64,000 bases of DNA, taken from NCBI GenBank assembly GCA_951406725.2, contig OX597834.1, forward strand, positions 27,838,001 to 27,902,000, in the 5' to 3' direction. The position numbers and the translations under genes were made by a program. Shown here in pieces: positions 14,336 through 30,546 of the stretch. The stretch's first letter is position 1. Each line of letters starts with the position of its first letter. This DNA is from Octopus vulgaris (Eukaryota). The notes under the pieces were generated by a model. It was not told the DNA's origin, ran no database searches, and saw only the letters and a list, made by a program, of their open reading frames with translations.

Positions 14336-14629
14336 TATATATTTACACAAAAGAGTATATTTATGTATATACCTATATATGAGAGTACAAACATACTCAC
14401 ATAATATATTATGTCTATAAAGATATATATACATATATATTTGCACACGTAAGTGCGCTTTCGTATATGTCTATATTTATTTATTTGTCTGTCTATTTGT
14501 CTGTCCGTCTGTCTGTCTATATGCATGTGTGTGTATGTACTTACATATACATACACCTACGAAATATCTGTATATATACATGTGCATACATAGCTGAGTG
14601 TATATATGTATATATATATGATTATTATT

Positions 14630-15030
14630 ATTTGAGGGAATAAAATCCAAACTTACAAGGAAACAAATCAAGTTAGAAATGCTAAATCAAATTTCACACA
14701 ACATAATATATATATAAAAAATTAGAAAAAAAAACACCTTTTATCAATTCAAAATGAACAATTAAATTACACCATCTAGAAAATTACATATAATAGAAAT
14801 AGTAAAATTAAAATAACAATAAAATGTGAATGATTAAGTAAATTGCAAAAATATAATAATAAAAACTTATATAATTTGTAGAATAAGGAGGGCACGTGGC
14901 TTTTAACCTGATGAGTGACTATATTTATATCAAAGTGATTTCTCTACTACTATAATCATTTCTTAAATATAGCCACGAAACGCGTGTCGTTATTCTACAA
15001 ATTATATACATTTTTATTATTATTATAAGA
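14630..15030. mobile_element. PLE-type terminal repeat in inverted arrangement
   Basis: Minus-strand tail is homologous to 3095-3170 and 54935-55000; a 19-bp perfect IR (14868-14886/14990-15008) surrounds an HHR. Confidence 0.7.
14904..14992 (+). ncRNA. Type I hammerhead ribozyme, canonical core
   Basis: TAAC-CTGATGA-GTGACTATATTT...AAATATAGCCAC-GAAA-CGCGTG-TC^GTTA; stem I TAAC/GTTA, G10.1-C11.1, GUC site at 14988. Confidence 0.85.
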
Positions 15031-15169
15031 TCCATTTATATAACTATCTTTCTGTCTGTAATTGTATTGCTGTCTTCAACAGAAGATAGCAAATCAGAGT
15101 TTTGGATATTAGAATACCTTTCGGTATTTATTTGGCCCAGTACGCTCTGGATCTTCGTCGGTGTTCACG

Positions 15170-15445
15170 AGGAGTATTTAATTGATCGATCAATTGGATT
15201 ACTTGTTCATTGTATTTGCGTATAAGTGGCTGAGTATTCCACAGACGTGTCAACATTTAACATAATCTGCGGGCATAATAATAAATGTAACACGGTGACG
15301 TTTGAATGAAAGGTACAGAGTTTCAGTATTGTTCCTGTCAACTAAGCATTTATTCACAGAATAAAAAATTATCTCTGAGGCCACGTAGTGAGATAGAACC
15401 TGAGACCGCATGATTGCGAGGCGAATCCCTTAACCAATTGGCCAA
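15170..15445 (-). mobile_element. Old decayed tRNA-headed SINE
   Basis: Minus-strand head TGGCCAATTGGTTAAGG...AGGTTCTATCTCACT at 15385-15445; body is diverged and the left boundary uncertain. Confidence 0.5.
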
Positions 15446-16648
15446 TCAGTTGCTCGTGAGTTAATGTAGTTCACATTCAGATACATAGAGGCTTGCATAC
15501 GCACACGCACGTACATACACAAACACAAGCATACACACATACACACATAGAAGCACACATACAAGTACTCGTACACACATACGCACACACATTTACACAC
15601 GCACGTACATACACGTGTGTACACACACATAAACACAAACATGCACGCATACACACAGACACATATACACACCCTGAGACACACGAACACGCACAAACAC
15701 AAACACACACACATTGCACTCTCGTATACAAACATACACACGCGCACACACTTACACACGCACCCACACAAGCACACACACACACACACACACACAAACA
15801 GATGCATATGCACGCCTATAAAAACACGTAGACACATACACGTACACAAACATAAGAACACTTACACACACTCCGAGACACACACATACCACATACACGT
15901 ACACACACTGAGATCAATGCCGTAGTTTATAGTAATGGGAGTGAGAGAAGATACCCCAGTAAATTGATACCCGTACCATCACGCGCAGAGGCCTTCAATA
16001 CCCTCTTTGTTATTTTATAATAGTCTTAATAAAGAACAGGTGATCAAATAATACCCATAACACGGCGGTTGCTATGACTACGGGCGGGTAGGTTTGAAGG
16101 GGATCGGGGTATAATGGTAGCGTAAGATTACGGCACTAATGTACGAGTTCTGGGTGTTTTCTAAGAATGGATAGGAACGGGTGAGATGTAGGGTGTTTGT
16201 ATGTAAAGGTATGTGGACAATGCTTCAGTGTATTGAGTATATACGGGTACACGTACGCATGCGCGTGTAGAAGTGAACCCGAATGTGTAAATATGCAATG
16301 AGGATACAAGACACGCATATTTGCATATTTATGCATTTATGAATGTATATGCATAACTTTATGAATATAACAATGATAAATATCAGAGTGATAGGGCACA
16401 GAAAGTGTGTCTATAGCCAGCTGGAGGAGATGTCTTCCTGGGGCTAAAAACTACAGTAGCATCCACCCTTAGGGGTTAGCCATATTCAAATGGCTTATTT
16501 ACATCACTTTATGAATATATATGTAGGTATACATATGTATATGTAAGTACTATGTGTATATATGCATGTATGCATGTGTGTATCTATCTATTTGTATCAT
16601 TATCATTATTATTACGTACATGCATACACACATGCACACACACACACA

Positions 16649-16688
<40 letters not shown>

Positions 16689-17110
16689 CACACATACACA
16701 TACACGCATATACATACGGTCACAAATATACGCACGCACGTGTGTGTTTGTGTTTGTGCGTGTATTATACATCGGTTTTAACGGTGGAACTCGAAGTAGA
16801 TGTAAGTATAAATAATAGCGTGTAGAAAATTGGGTTTAAAATACTCTTAGATAGAAGGAATCAAATGCTGCAGGTAGGACTTGAACCCATATCATTCACC
16901 TCTCCTGTGAACATGATAGACACCCATCCATTGGTATAAAGCAAACCTTCAAATTTCTCCATCCATTTTAGAAGCTTTGTTCTTACCAGCGAGAATTGTA
17001 TATTGTTTACATAACAAAAGCTCAGAAACGTTAAAAGACATTAAATGAATGTGGAACTCGAAACGGAATAAGCTATAAGTAATACCCTGAAGTATTTGGG
17101 GGTAGATACC

Positions 17111-17710
17111 TACTTCTTTACTACACGCAAGGGGCTAAACTTAGAGGGGACAAACAAGGACAGACATAGGTGTTAAGTCGATTACATCGACCCCAGTGCT
17201 TAACTGGTACTAAATTTATCGACACCGAAGGGATGAAAGGCAAAGTCGACCTCGGCGGAATTTGAACTCACAACGTAACGACAGACGAAATACCTATTTC
17301 TTTATTGCCCACAAGGGGCTAAACACAGAGGGGACAAACAAGGACAGACATAGGTATTAAGTCGATTACATCGACCCCAGTGCTTAACTGGTACTTAATT
17401 TATCAACCCCGAAAGGATGAAAGGCAAAGTCGACCTCGGCGGAATTTGAACTCACAACGTAACGACAGACGAAATACCTATTTCTTTATTACCCACAAGG
17501 GGCTAAACACAGAGGGGACAAACAAGGACAGACATAGGTATTAAGTCGATTACATCGACCCCAGTGCTTAACTGGTACTAAATTTATCGACCCCGAAAGG
17601 ATGAAAGGCAAAGTCGACCTCGGCGGAATTTGAACTCACAACGTAACGACAGACGAAATACCGCTAAGCATTTCGCCCGGCGTGCTAACGTTTCTGCCAG
17701 CTCACCGCCT
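17111..17710 (-). mobile_element. SINE family B (Deu/Nin-domain-like): one head plus 3 tandem 184-bp bodies, 18-bp TSD
   Basis: TSD TATTT(G/T)GGGGTAGATACC at 17093-17110 and 17711-17728; GTCGACTTTGCCTTTCATCCTTTCGGGGTCGATAAATTAAGTACC resembles the recalled Deu/Nin domain. Confidence 0.9.
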
Positions 17711-17893
17711 TATTTTGGGGTAGATACCCTTGGATGGAACATTTTGGAGGCTGCCAGTGGGATCCGAACCTACATCATCCGTGTAGCGTCACTGATTTGA
17801 TGCAGACTTATTTGACATTAGACGTTTTAATGTCTCTCTTGCTCTGTCCCCCATCTTGATCTCTCTCTCTCTCTCTCACTCTTTCTCTCTTTT

Positions 17894-17933
<40 letters not shown>

Positions 17934-18011
17934 TATGTATGCAAGTATAATTACATAGTTGCATTCATGTATGAATGTGTATGTGTGCGTGTGTGTGCGT
18001 GCGTGCGTGCG

Positions 18012-18068
<57 letters not shown>

Positions 18069-19422
18069 ACTCATTTGCGCCTACATGGAAGTATTTTTGC
18101 ACATACACGCGCAAATATATACATGCACATATGCAGAAGTATACATACCAAAATATATTCCTCCTAAAATGGACACGTGTATTTTCCCTCTCTCCTGGCT
18201 TTCGAACACACACACACACACACTGTGTTACTGTCGGTCTCTCCTTTCTCTCCCTCTCTCTCTCTCTCTCACACACTCACTTTGTCTCTCTCTCTTTCTC
18301 TGCCGCCCCTCCTCTCGAACAATACTCGCAGGTACATCTTGGATTCCTTTTCCTGTCATATTTTGTCTTCATTCACCCCCAACCGGCTTTTAATATCCGA
18401 CCCAACCTAATTTATCACAGAGAAAGATTTTGAGGTGAGAGACATGCTGTGTTCTTCTCACAGCATTCGGAACAATATTGCCCTCGGGCCAGACATCACC
18501 TTTAAGACATATTCAGATAATGTTACTTAGAAACCGCTGAAGATATCTTCCACCAGACCGACGGCCGTTTTTCTATCCAGCCATCGCCATCACCAACGTC
18601 AGCAATGCTACCATCATCATAACCCACCCCACATTCTTTAATATCTACGAGCCAGTAAGGGTATTTCCAATCTGTCATTTCGACCTGCTAGAAATAGTAA
18701 CCAAATCTCCCTCACATCACACACTAGCGCTTCAAATCTAGAATAAAGCAAGTGAATTCTTTTTAAGAAGGGTTGGCCAGTTTTGGTATGCCTCTTATCA
18801 TAGGCTGAATAAAATTACCTTAGGGAATTCGTCCCTGTTCTCTGTGTTATGAGTTCAAATCCTGACGATTTCAATATTGCTTATCATATTTTCGGGGTCG
18901 ATGAATAAATATTAGTTCTGTACAGGGGACGGTTTTTTCTTCCCTTTGTCTTTCTCTTTCTCTTCACTCCCCCTCTTTCTCTCTCCCAACCTATCTCTCT
19001 CCCTCTTTCTCTCTCACCCTTTCTCGTTCTCTATTGCTTGTCTAACACTAGTCATATACGATGCGACCCCTACTAAGACATCAGATTCACAAAAGAAAGA
19101 AAGGAAGAAAGAAATATAGAGAAGACACGAGGTTATAACATTCCATAGACGAAGCAGGATTCTAAACTTCTGACATGTTTTTTTATTGATGTCACTACAT
19201 TTATTGTAAAATATTGTGTAATATCGGTCAGGAAAATACCAAATAATGATAATAATGATAATAATGATAATAATATTAATGATTTTAATAATGATGATAA
19301 TATTTTTGAAGAAAAAGAAAAATGAATGCTGAAAAGAGATATTTTATTTCCATTATATATATGTATATATATATATATAAAACTTAATATATATATATAT
19401 ACATAGATACATATATACATAT

Positions 19423-19477
<55 letters not shown>

Positions 19478-19535
19478 TGTATATGTATGTATGTGCATAT
19501 ATATATACATATATATATATATATATGTATGTATG

Positions 19536-19571
<36 letters not shown>

Positions 19572-19673
19572 TATATATATATAAATAAATATATATATAA
19601 TGGAAATAAATATCTCTCTTCAGCATTCATTTTCATTTTTCTTCAAAAATATTTTTATTTTCACCATTATTAA

Positions 19674-19713
<40 letters not shown>

Positions 19714-20149
19714 AAGGAAAGTATTTTTTTAAATTAAAGATTATATTTAAAAGAAGCTTAACAAACACAAACCAAATTAACACAAATCTCAAAGACGTCC
19801 AAAAATTAATTTTTAATTTAAGGAAGATTTTTTTTTTTGTTTTTTTTCAATTATGCTATCTGAATGAAGAAATGATACTATATATATGCGTGAGTGCGTG
19901 TGTGTGTGGGGGTGGTGGGGTGGAATTGTATCTATATACACGCGCGCGCGTTTACTGAGAGTTTTTATGGCGGACATTCCTCTACTGAGTTTTTCTACCA
20001 ATAACATATGACCGATTCTGTCGAAGGAACTTGCCTACGCGTCATTAATACAACTTCAGCTTGGGGGCGACCATATTTGACATATCCCTTCTTCGACCAT
20101 ATCTCTCCTTCTCCCTCTCCCTCCTCCCTCTCTCTCTTACCCTCTCTCA

Positions 20150-20198
20150 TCTATCTATCTATTCATCTTTCTATCTGTCTATCTATGTATCTATCAAC

Positions 20199-20293
<95 letters not shown>

Positions 20294-20323
20294 TATCAAT
20301 CTATCTATCTATCTATCTATCTA

Positions 20324-20366
<43 letters not shown>

Positions 20367-20542
20367 ACCTATCTATCTATCTATCCTATCTACCTATCTA
20401 TCTATTTGCCTGTCTTTCTGTCTGTTTATCTATTTGTCTGTTTGTCTTTCTGACTATCTATTTATCAATCTATCTATCTGTCTATCTATCTGTATGTCTG
20501 TCTGTCTTTCTGTCTGTCCATCTATCTATCTATCCTATCTAC

Positions 20543-20610
<68 letters not shown>

Positions 20611-20651
20611 ATATCTATCTATCTGTCTATCTATCTATCAATCTATCTATA

Positions 20652-20700
<49 letters not shown>

Positions 20701-20730
20701 GTCTGTCTGTCTACCTATCTATCTATCTTT
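20150..20730. repeat. (TATC)n/(TGTC)n microsatellite
   Basis: Directly visible. Confidence 0.97.
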
Positions 20731-21224
20731 CATGTCTCTGGCAATCTAGCCATCCTTAAGTTCAGCCATAATCACTTGCAATTTAGCAAGAAAGCAGATC
20801 AGTTAATTGCCGTGCACATTAAACGAGACCTCTTTATTAATTGCGTGAACGAATTTGGAAATTAAAAGTCAAGTTTAATGTTCATTTGTGTTGAATAATT
20901 GCTGCGTTAGTAGGAGCCAGCGACACTCGACCAGGGCGGTCATTGTTTCCAAATGGTCTCCATTAGATCATTAATGCAGTGCTATAAAACACTTAAGATG
21001 GACGAGCGGTGGAGTCCGGTTACCTCATTACGTAAGTGACTTAAACAAATCCATGTTGTTGATTACGTTTTCAAGCGGGGCATTGGCATAGCGTTGCGTA
21101 AATTGAATAGGACTTGGAGGCTGAGAGATTGATGACGACTCTGGCTATGATGAGGAATAACGATGACGGCAACGATGATAGTGAAAATGACCAATACGGG
21201 GGGAGTGATAACAACGACAAAATG

Positions 21225-23140
21225 ATGATAACGATGAAAGCGATGATAACGATGATAACGATGATAACGGCAAAAGCAATGACAGCGACAACAACGAATA
21301 GAATGATGACAGCGATGATAACGATGACAGTTACAACGAAATCGATTATAAATATAGCAGCGATGATGACAACGAATAGAATGATGACAGCGATGATAAC
21401 GATGACAGTTACAACGAAATCGATTATAAATATAGCAATGATGATGACAACGAATAGAATGATGACAGCGATGATAACGATGACAGTTACAACGAAATCG
21501 ATTATAAATATAGCAATGATGATGACAACGAATAGAATGATGACAGCGATGATAACGATGACAGTTACAACGAAATCGATTATAAATATAGCAATGATGA
21601 TGACAACGAATAGAATGATGACAGCGATGATAACGATGACAGTTACAACGAAATCGATTATAAATATAGCAATGATGATGACAACGAATAGAATGATGAC
21701 AGCGATGATAACGATGACAGTTACAACGAAATCGATTATAAATATAGCAATGATGATGACAACGAATAGAATGATGACAGCGATGATAACGATGACAGTA
21801 ACAACGAAATCGATTATAAATATAGCAATGATGATGACAACGAATAGAATGATGACAGCGATGATAACGATGACAGTTACAACGAAATCGATTATAAATA
21901 TAGCAATGATGATGACAACGAATAGAATGATGACAGCGATGATAACGATGACAGTAACAACGAAATCGATTATAAATATAGCAATGATGATGACAACGAA
22001 TAGAATGATGACAGCGATGATAACGATGACAGTTACAACGAAATCGATTATAAATATAGCAATGATGATGACAACGAATAGAATGATGACAGCGATGATA
22101 ACGATGACAGTAACAACGAAATCGATTATAAATATAGCAATGATGATGACAACGAATAGAATGATGACAGCGATGATAACGATGACAGTTACAACGAAAT
22201 CGATTATAAATATAGCAATGATGATGACAACGAATAGAATGATGACAGCGATGATAACGATGACAGTTACAACGAAATCGATTATAAATATAGCAATGAT
22301 GATGACAACGAGTAGAATGATGACAGCGATGATAACGATGACAGTTACAACGAAATCGATTATAAATATAGCAATGATGATGACAACGAATAGAATGATG
22401 ACAGCGATGATAACGATGACAATTACAACGAAATCGATTATAAATATAGCAATGATGATGACAACGAATAGAATGATGACAGCGATGATAACGATGACAG
22501 TAACAACGAAATCGATTATAAATATAGCAGCGATGATGACAACGAATAGAATGATGACAGCGATGATAACGATGACAATTACAACGAAATCGATTATAAA
22601 TATAGCAATGATGATGACAACGAATAGAATGATGACAGCGATGATAACGATGACAGTTACAACGAAATCGATTATAAATATAGCAGCGATGATGACAACG
22701 AATAGAATGATGACAGCGATGATAACGATGACAGTAACAACGAAATCGATTATAAATATAGCAATGATGATGACAACGAATAGAATGATGACAGCGATGA
22801 TAACGATGACAGTTACAACGAAATCGATTATAAATATAGCAATGATGATGACAACGAGTAGAATGATGACAGCGATGATAACGATGACAGTTACAACGAA
22901 ATCGATTATGAATATAGCAATGATGATGACAACGAATAGAATGATGACAGCGATGATAACGATGAAAGCGATGATAACGATGATAACGGTAAAAGCAATG
23001 ACAGCGACAACAACTAATAGAATGATGACAGCGATGATAACGATGACAATAACAACGAAATCGATTATAAATATAGCAATGATGATGACAACGAATAGAA
23101 TGATGACAGCGATGACAACGATGACAGTAACAACGAATTC
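21225..23140. repeat. 78-bp minisatellite, about 22-23 near-identical copies
   Basis: Unit ACAACGAATAGAATGATGACAGCGATGATAACGATGACAGTTACAACGAAATCGATTATAAATATAGCAATGATGATG; 26-aa period in the ORF track. Confidence 0.95.
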
Positions 23141-23516
23141 GATCATAACTATAACAATGACAACAATTGTAACAACAAAAACAATGGCAACGACAGTAAA
23201 GAAGACTACGACAAGATAATGATAATGATGACAGCGGTAACGATGACAACGATGAAAACAATGACAGCAACGTTGGCAATGACAGGAATAACCACGACAG
23301 ACGATGACGATAAAAATTATGACAGCGATAACAACGATGATAACAAAAGCGATGACAGCGACGACAACGGTTGAAAATGGAGATAGCGATAACAACGATC
23401 ACAATGAAAGCAACATCAACGATGATGATGATGACAAAAACGAAGAGAATGATGACAGTAACAGCTATGACAACGAAGGTTACGATAGCGACTATAACAA
23501 TGATAATGACAACGAT

Positions 23517-23671
23517 TTGTGGCGAAAGAGTCAGCAGAAGTTCGCCATTACTTTCTGCCGGAGCCGCGTGCAGCTTAGGTGTTACGCTCATAAACACACA
23601 CATCGCCCGGTCTGAGATTCGAACCCTCGACCGCGAATTCGCTGCTCTAACCACTAGGCCATGTGCCTCCA
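23517..23671 (-). mobile_element. SINE family D, 5' part
   Basis: Reverse complement matches 5791-5950. Confidence 0.85.
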
Positions 23672-23814
23672 CGTTACTGGTACTGGTCTGACATATTGAT
23701 TCAGATGAATATGGTGCTAAAGTTGAGGCACCAGAATTTAGTACGGTATTATCCATGCAATTTCAAAATAAGTTGATTTGAATCAGAATAAGCAACAAGG
23801 ATGTCCAGAGGTAA

Positions 23815-23900
23815 TGCAGTACGATCGTTTCATGCAACTCCATTTAATTGAACAATGCAACCATTACATCAATTTAACTGCAGAGCAATCCTCAGCTGCA
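23815..23900 (-). ncRNA. Type I hammerhead ribozyme with long stem II, in repeat 23697-23910
   Basis: TGCAG-CTGAGGA-[hairpin incl. AATTGA/TCAATT]-GAAA-CGATCG-TA^CTGCA; 5-bp stem I, palindromic ACGATCGT; positions 10.1/11.1 are U.U. Confidence 0.75.
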
Positions 23901-24044
23901 CATTAAATTCTATGTCTTTGTGCAGCTGGTCTAATGACACTACATGTTTGTTTTGGTTCGGTTTCATTGTATTTCTACACTGTCATTTTTTGTTCTAAAT
24001 TTTGACCCACCATAAATCTTAAATTATATTTTAGAATTTATGGG

Positions 24045-24212
24045 ACCAACTGTCTTTGAAGATTCATATTGTCGTTGAATGCTCGAAATGAGGAGTAGAT
24101 AGACAGCAGACAACTGATGAAGGGTCTTTCCCTTTGTGTACTTGTCCTGCTTTTCATATTTTCTTGTTGTTACGCATTTCATGGTATTTGCACCGTTAGT
24201 GAGGTCCTGTAC
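24045..24212 (+). mobile_element. Short element ending in (TA)n, related to 38845-39015
   Basis: Shared ACTGAWGAAGGG...CCTT(T)GTGT...TTGTCCTG...CCTGTAC. Confidence 0.5.
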
Positions 24213-24213
24213 A

Positions 24214-24292
<79 letters not shown>

Positions 24293-24465
24293 GCATACAT
24301 TCACATGCACACGCACACAGATATAAACACACAAATATATATTGATCTAGAGGTACGTATATATGTGTGTATTTGTATGATCTGTGTGTGTGTGTATACA
24401 TACATATACATCCTAAGATAAATACATCAAGATGCAGATACACACACACGCACACACAGATATAT

Positions 24466-25358
<893 letters not shown>

Positions 25359-25604
25359 CTGCATCCATTGTTACGAGTGTATATATAATTCAAAAACCGC
25401 TGCTGTTACTCCTACTCCTACTACTACTACTCCAGCTACTACTACTTCATCTGCTAGATACTCCCACCCACCCCCAACACACCCCACACAGTTCTTATTT
25501 TTATGATTTACGAGCTTTCAACGGTGTTCCTGCGTTCTTGCGGGGTCCAATACATGAATCAATGACGATTTCCCGCCATTGACAACTCTTACAACCTAAA
25601 AAAA

Positions 25605-26213
<609 letters not shown>

Positions 26214-26459
26214 GATGGATAACAAAAACAACAATTACAATAGCAACAGTAAAAGTTAAGAGCTACTGTCTTACACCTGTTGACACCTGTTTGCAAAGAG
26301 CATAATGTATCGAATGTTATTAGCACATATGTTGCCTTCGTGACACAGGCACACACGCTCATACACGTACACCTACACACATACAAATTTACATATGCAT
26401 ATATATATAAATCCTGTAAATTTATATATGTATATAAATGTTTGACCCTTCTGTCCGGC

Positions 26460-26774
<315 letters not shown>

Positions 26775-26869
26775 TGTATGTATACATGTATATATATATA
26801 AATAAATATATGCATGAATTCATATCTGTGTTTGTGTGTGTGTATGTATTCATATGTATGTATATTTTC

Positions 26870-27268
26870 AATAATGATGGTAATGATGATGACGATGATG
26901 ATGATGATGATGACGATGATGACGACGACAACGATGACGATGATGATAATGATGACGATGATGATGATGACGTGATGTTGATAATGACGATGACGATGAC
27001 GATGATGATGATGATGATGATGACAATGATGATGATGACGATGATGATGATGATGATGATGATGATAATGATGACTATGATGATGATGACGATGATGATG
27101 ATGATGACGATGATGACGATGACGATGATGATGATGATGATGACGATGATGATGATGATGACGATGACGACGATGATAATGACTATGACGATGATGATGA
27201 CGATGATGATGCTGATGCTGATGATGATGACGATGATGATGATGACGATGACGATGATGATGATGGTG

Positions 27269-27300
<32 letters not shown>

Positions 27301-27461
27301 GATGATGATGATGGTGATGATGTTATCGTTATTGCAGCGTAGCGTTTTAAAAATTTATGTTTGGCTTTGTTGTTCATTTTTGGCTATTGTTCATGCTTGT
27401 GTTCATTTTTCTTTACTGCTGACGATGATGATGATGATGATGAGCATCATCATCCTCATCC

Positions 27462-27500
<39 letters not shown>

Positions 27501-27813
27501 ACATCATCATAATCATCATATCACTGCTATTGTTTGCATGCTTTAGTTTGCAAATTATTTTTCGTATTTGCATCTTCGTTTTGTTTTTCCCTGTTGTTGT
27601 TGTTGCTGCTGTTGCTGTTGATGTTGTTCTTGCTGCTCTTTTCGTTATTATTGTTATTATTGTTTTTCATGTTGCTATTGCTGTTGTTGTTGTCGTTTTC
27701 TCTTTAAAACAGTTCTTGTTTATGCTGCAGCTGCTACTTCTACAACAACAACAATTAATACTACTACTACTACTACTTACAACTATTACTACTACTACTA
27801 CTTACAACTATTT

Positions 27814-27849
<36 letters not shown>

Positions 27850-28190
27850 ACAACTATTACTACTACTACTACTACTACTACTACTTACAACTATTACTAC
27901 TACTTTCAGCTATTACTACTACTACTACTACTATTACTACTACTACTATTACTACTGCTATTACTACTACTACTACTACTACTTACAACTATTACTACTA
28001 CTACTACTACTACTATTGCAGCCGCTGCCACCATTGCTGGTGCTGCTGCTACAACTATTACTGCTGCTGCTACTACTATTATTACTACTATTATTACTAC
28101 TGTTACTACTGCAACTACTACTACCACAACTACTGCTGCTACTGCTGCTACAACTACTACTGCCCCTCCTCCACCTCCTCTTCCTCCTAT

Positions 28191-28222
<32 letters not shown>

Positions 28223-28320
28223 ATACTAATACTATTGCTGCTGCTACTGCTAGTGCTGTTGGTGGTGATGTTGGAATCGGTATTGGTACTAGTGGTATTG
28301 GTGTTGGAGTGGGTGTTGTA
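26870..28320. repeat. Compound trinucleotide region (GAT)n/(CAT)n/(GTT)n/(TAC)n
   Basis: Directly visible; it explains the 515-aa poly-M/D/L/Y ORF. Confidence 0.95.
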
Positions 28321-28461
28321 GTCAAATCACTTGACAAAGACACATAGAGAAACTTTCCGGTCGCTAAAATGTCAACGTTCCTTTATACAGTCAAACACAC
28401 ACAAACACACAAGTACATGCATTTATACAAACACAGGCACACACACACACACATACTCATA

Positions 28462-28567
<106 letters not shown>

Positions 28568-28572
28568 CATAC

Positions 28573-28607
<35 letters not shown>

Positions 28608-28628
28608 CATATATATATACATATATAT

Positions 28629-28664
<36 letters not shown>

Positions 28665-28688
28665 TATACACATATATATATGTATATA

Positions 28689-28782
<94 letters not shown>

Positions 28783-28785
28783 TAC

Positions 28786-28836
<51 letters not shown>

Positions 28837-29531
28837 TGGAGAGGAAATAGATTTATACACTAAAACCACATATATCAAACACATTGGTAATCATTCATTC
28901 GTTAGTGTGCGTAATGCGGTGGTGGTGAGGAGGCGACAGTGATCGTGGTGGTAGCAGGATTTGTTGTTGTAGTGGTTGTGGTGGTGGTGGTGGTGGTGGT
29001 GGTGGTGGTGGTGGTGGTGGTGGTGGTGGGTGTATGTGTCTACACTTGTGACAGTGAGAGTAACAGATGTGCATTTAGATGTGCTGGTGTATATGCGATT
29101 CTTGTTACGTATACTCCTGCAAAAAGGAATATAATAAACTTATTGCAATACGAAAATGCGTGTATATAAGTATGAAGGCATGCCTTTGTATCTTTATGTA
29201 ACAGTTCAAAGTGTTCTTCGACCTCTACGCATGCGTATCTGCATACAGAGTCACAGACACACACACACGCGCATGTAAACACACGCACCATAAGGGCTTC
29301 TGCATGATTTCCGTCTACCAAATCCCACTCATTGCTGATCTTCCCGATGTTATTGAGGAGTCGGTTGCCAAGGTAGATTACAAAGAATCCCACACGGAAA
29401 CATGTGGCTGCAAAACTCAACATTCTCTAACCCCTCTCTCTATCTCTATCTCTCTTTCTCTCTATATATATATCTATCTCTATCTCTCTTTTTATATACA
29501 TATATATATATATATATATATACATATATAT

Positions 29532-29733
29532 GGGGAAAGTTTACGAAAAAAACAAAAGACGAAGACAGGTGGTGTACAAAACAAACAGATGTATTAGTAT
29601 AACGCTCAGGAATAGAAAAAGTCTTTTACGTTTCGAGCCTACGCTCTTCTACAGAAAGGGACAGAAAAAACAAGGAGAGAAACAAGGAGGGAAAAAATGT
29701 GTATAGTGGCTAACGATATATCATGGCGACTAG
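29532..29733 (-). mobile_element. Family H element; HHR at 29623-29658
   Basis: Reverse complement CTTT-CTGTAGA-A-GAGC-GTAG-GCTC-GAAA-CG-TA^AAAG. Confidence 0.82.
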
Positions 29734-29790
29734 TTCCATGCATATATGTATATATATGTATATATATAAATATATCCATATATATATATA

Positions 29791-29848
<58 letters not shown>

Positions 29849-29874
29849 AATATATATACGTACGTAAGTCCAGA

Positions 29875-29919
<45 letters not shown>

Positions 29920-30333
29920 GTACGTAAGTCCAGATATTTATATATATATATATATATATATATACAAATATATATACGTACGTAAGTCCAGATATTGCAT
30001 GAATGTATGTATAAATATACACATACACACACATATATAATGACAAAGAAGAATTGAGGAAGTTTCTTTAATACATAGATTTACAATTCTCTCATCTGAA
30101 TTTGATCTCACCAATCTTGCCATATTATACAATAATATATGCGACCAGTGATTACTCTCATGTGCATTAAAATAGCACATGTTGAATCAGGGTCATCACA
30201 ATTTCCTATAAAAATAAGTCATTAAAAATTATCAAGAATCTATGCGTACACCGAGTTGGATGTTGAGTAATTATTACATATATATATAATATATACGAAT
30301 GCATATGTATATGTTTGTATGTGATATATATGT

Positions 30334-30482
30334 AGGCACAGGTGTGTCTATTTGGTAACAAGCTTGTTTCCCAACCACATGGCTCCGAGTTCAGTCCCAC
30401 TGCGTGGTTCCTTAGGCAAGTGTCTTCTACTATAGACTCGGGACGACCAAAGCCTTGTGAATGGAATTGGTAGACGTTCGTC

Positions 30483-30546
<64 letters not shown>

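Noticed and set aside
21063-23756. 897-aa Cys/His-rich ORF and overlapping 774- and 701-aa ORFs
   Set aside because: They are frames of a 78-bp minisatellite, and the N-terminus of the longest runs through a SINE; there is no domain evidence.
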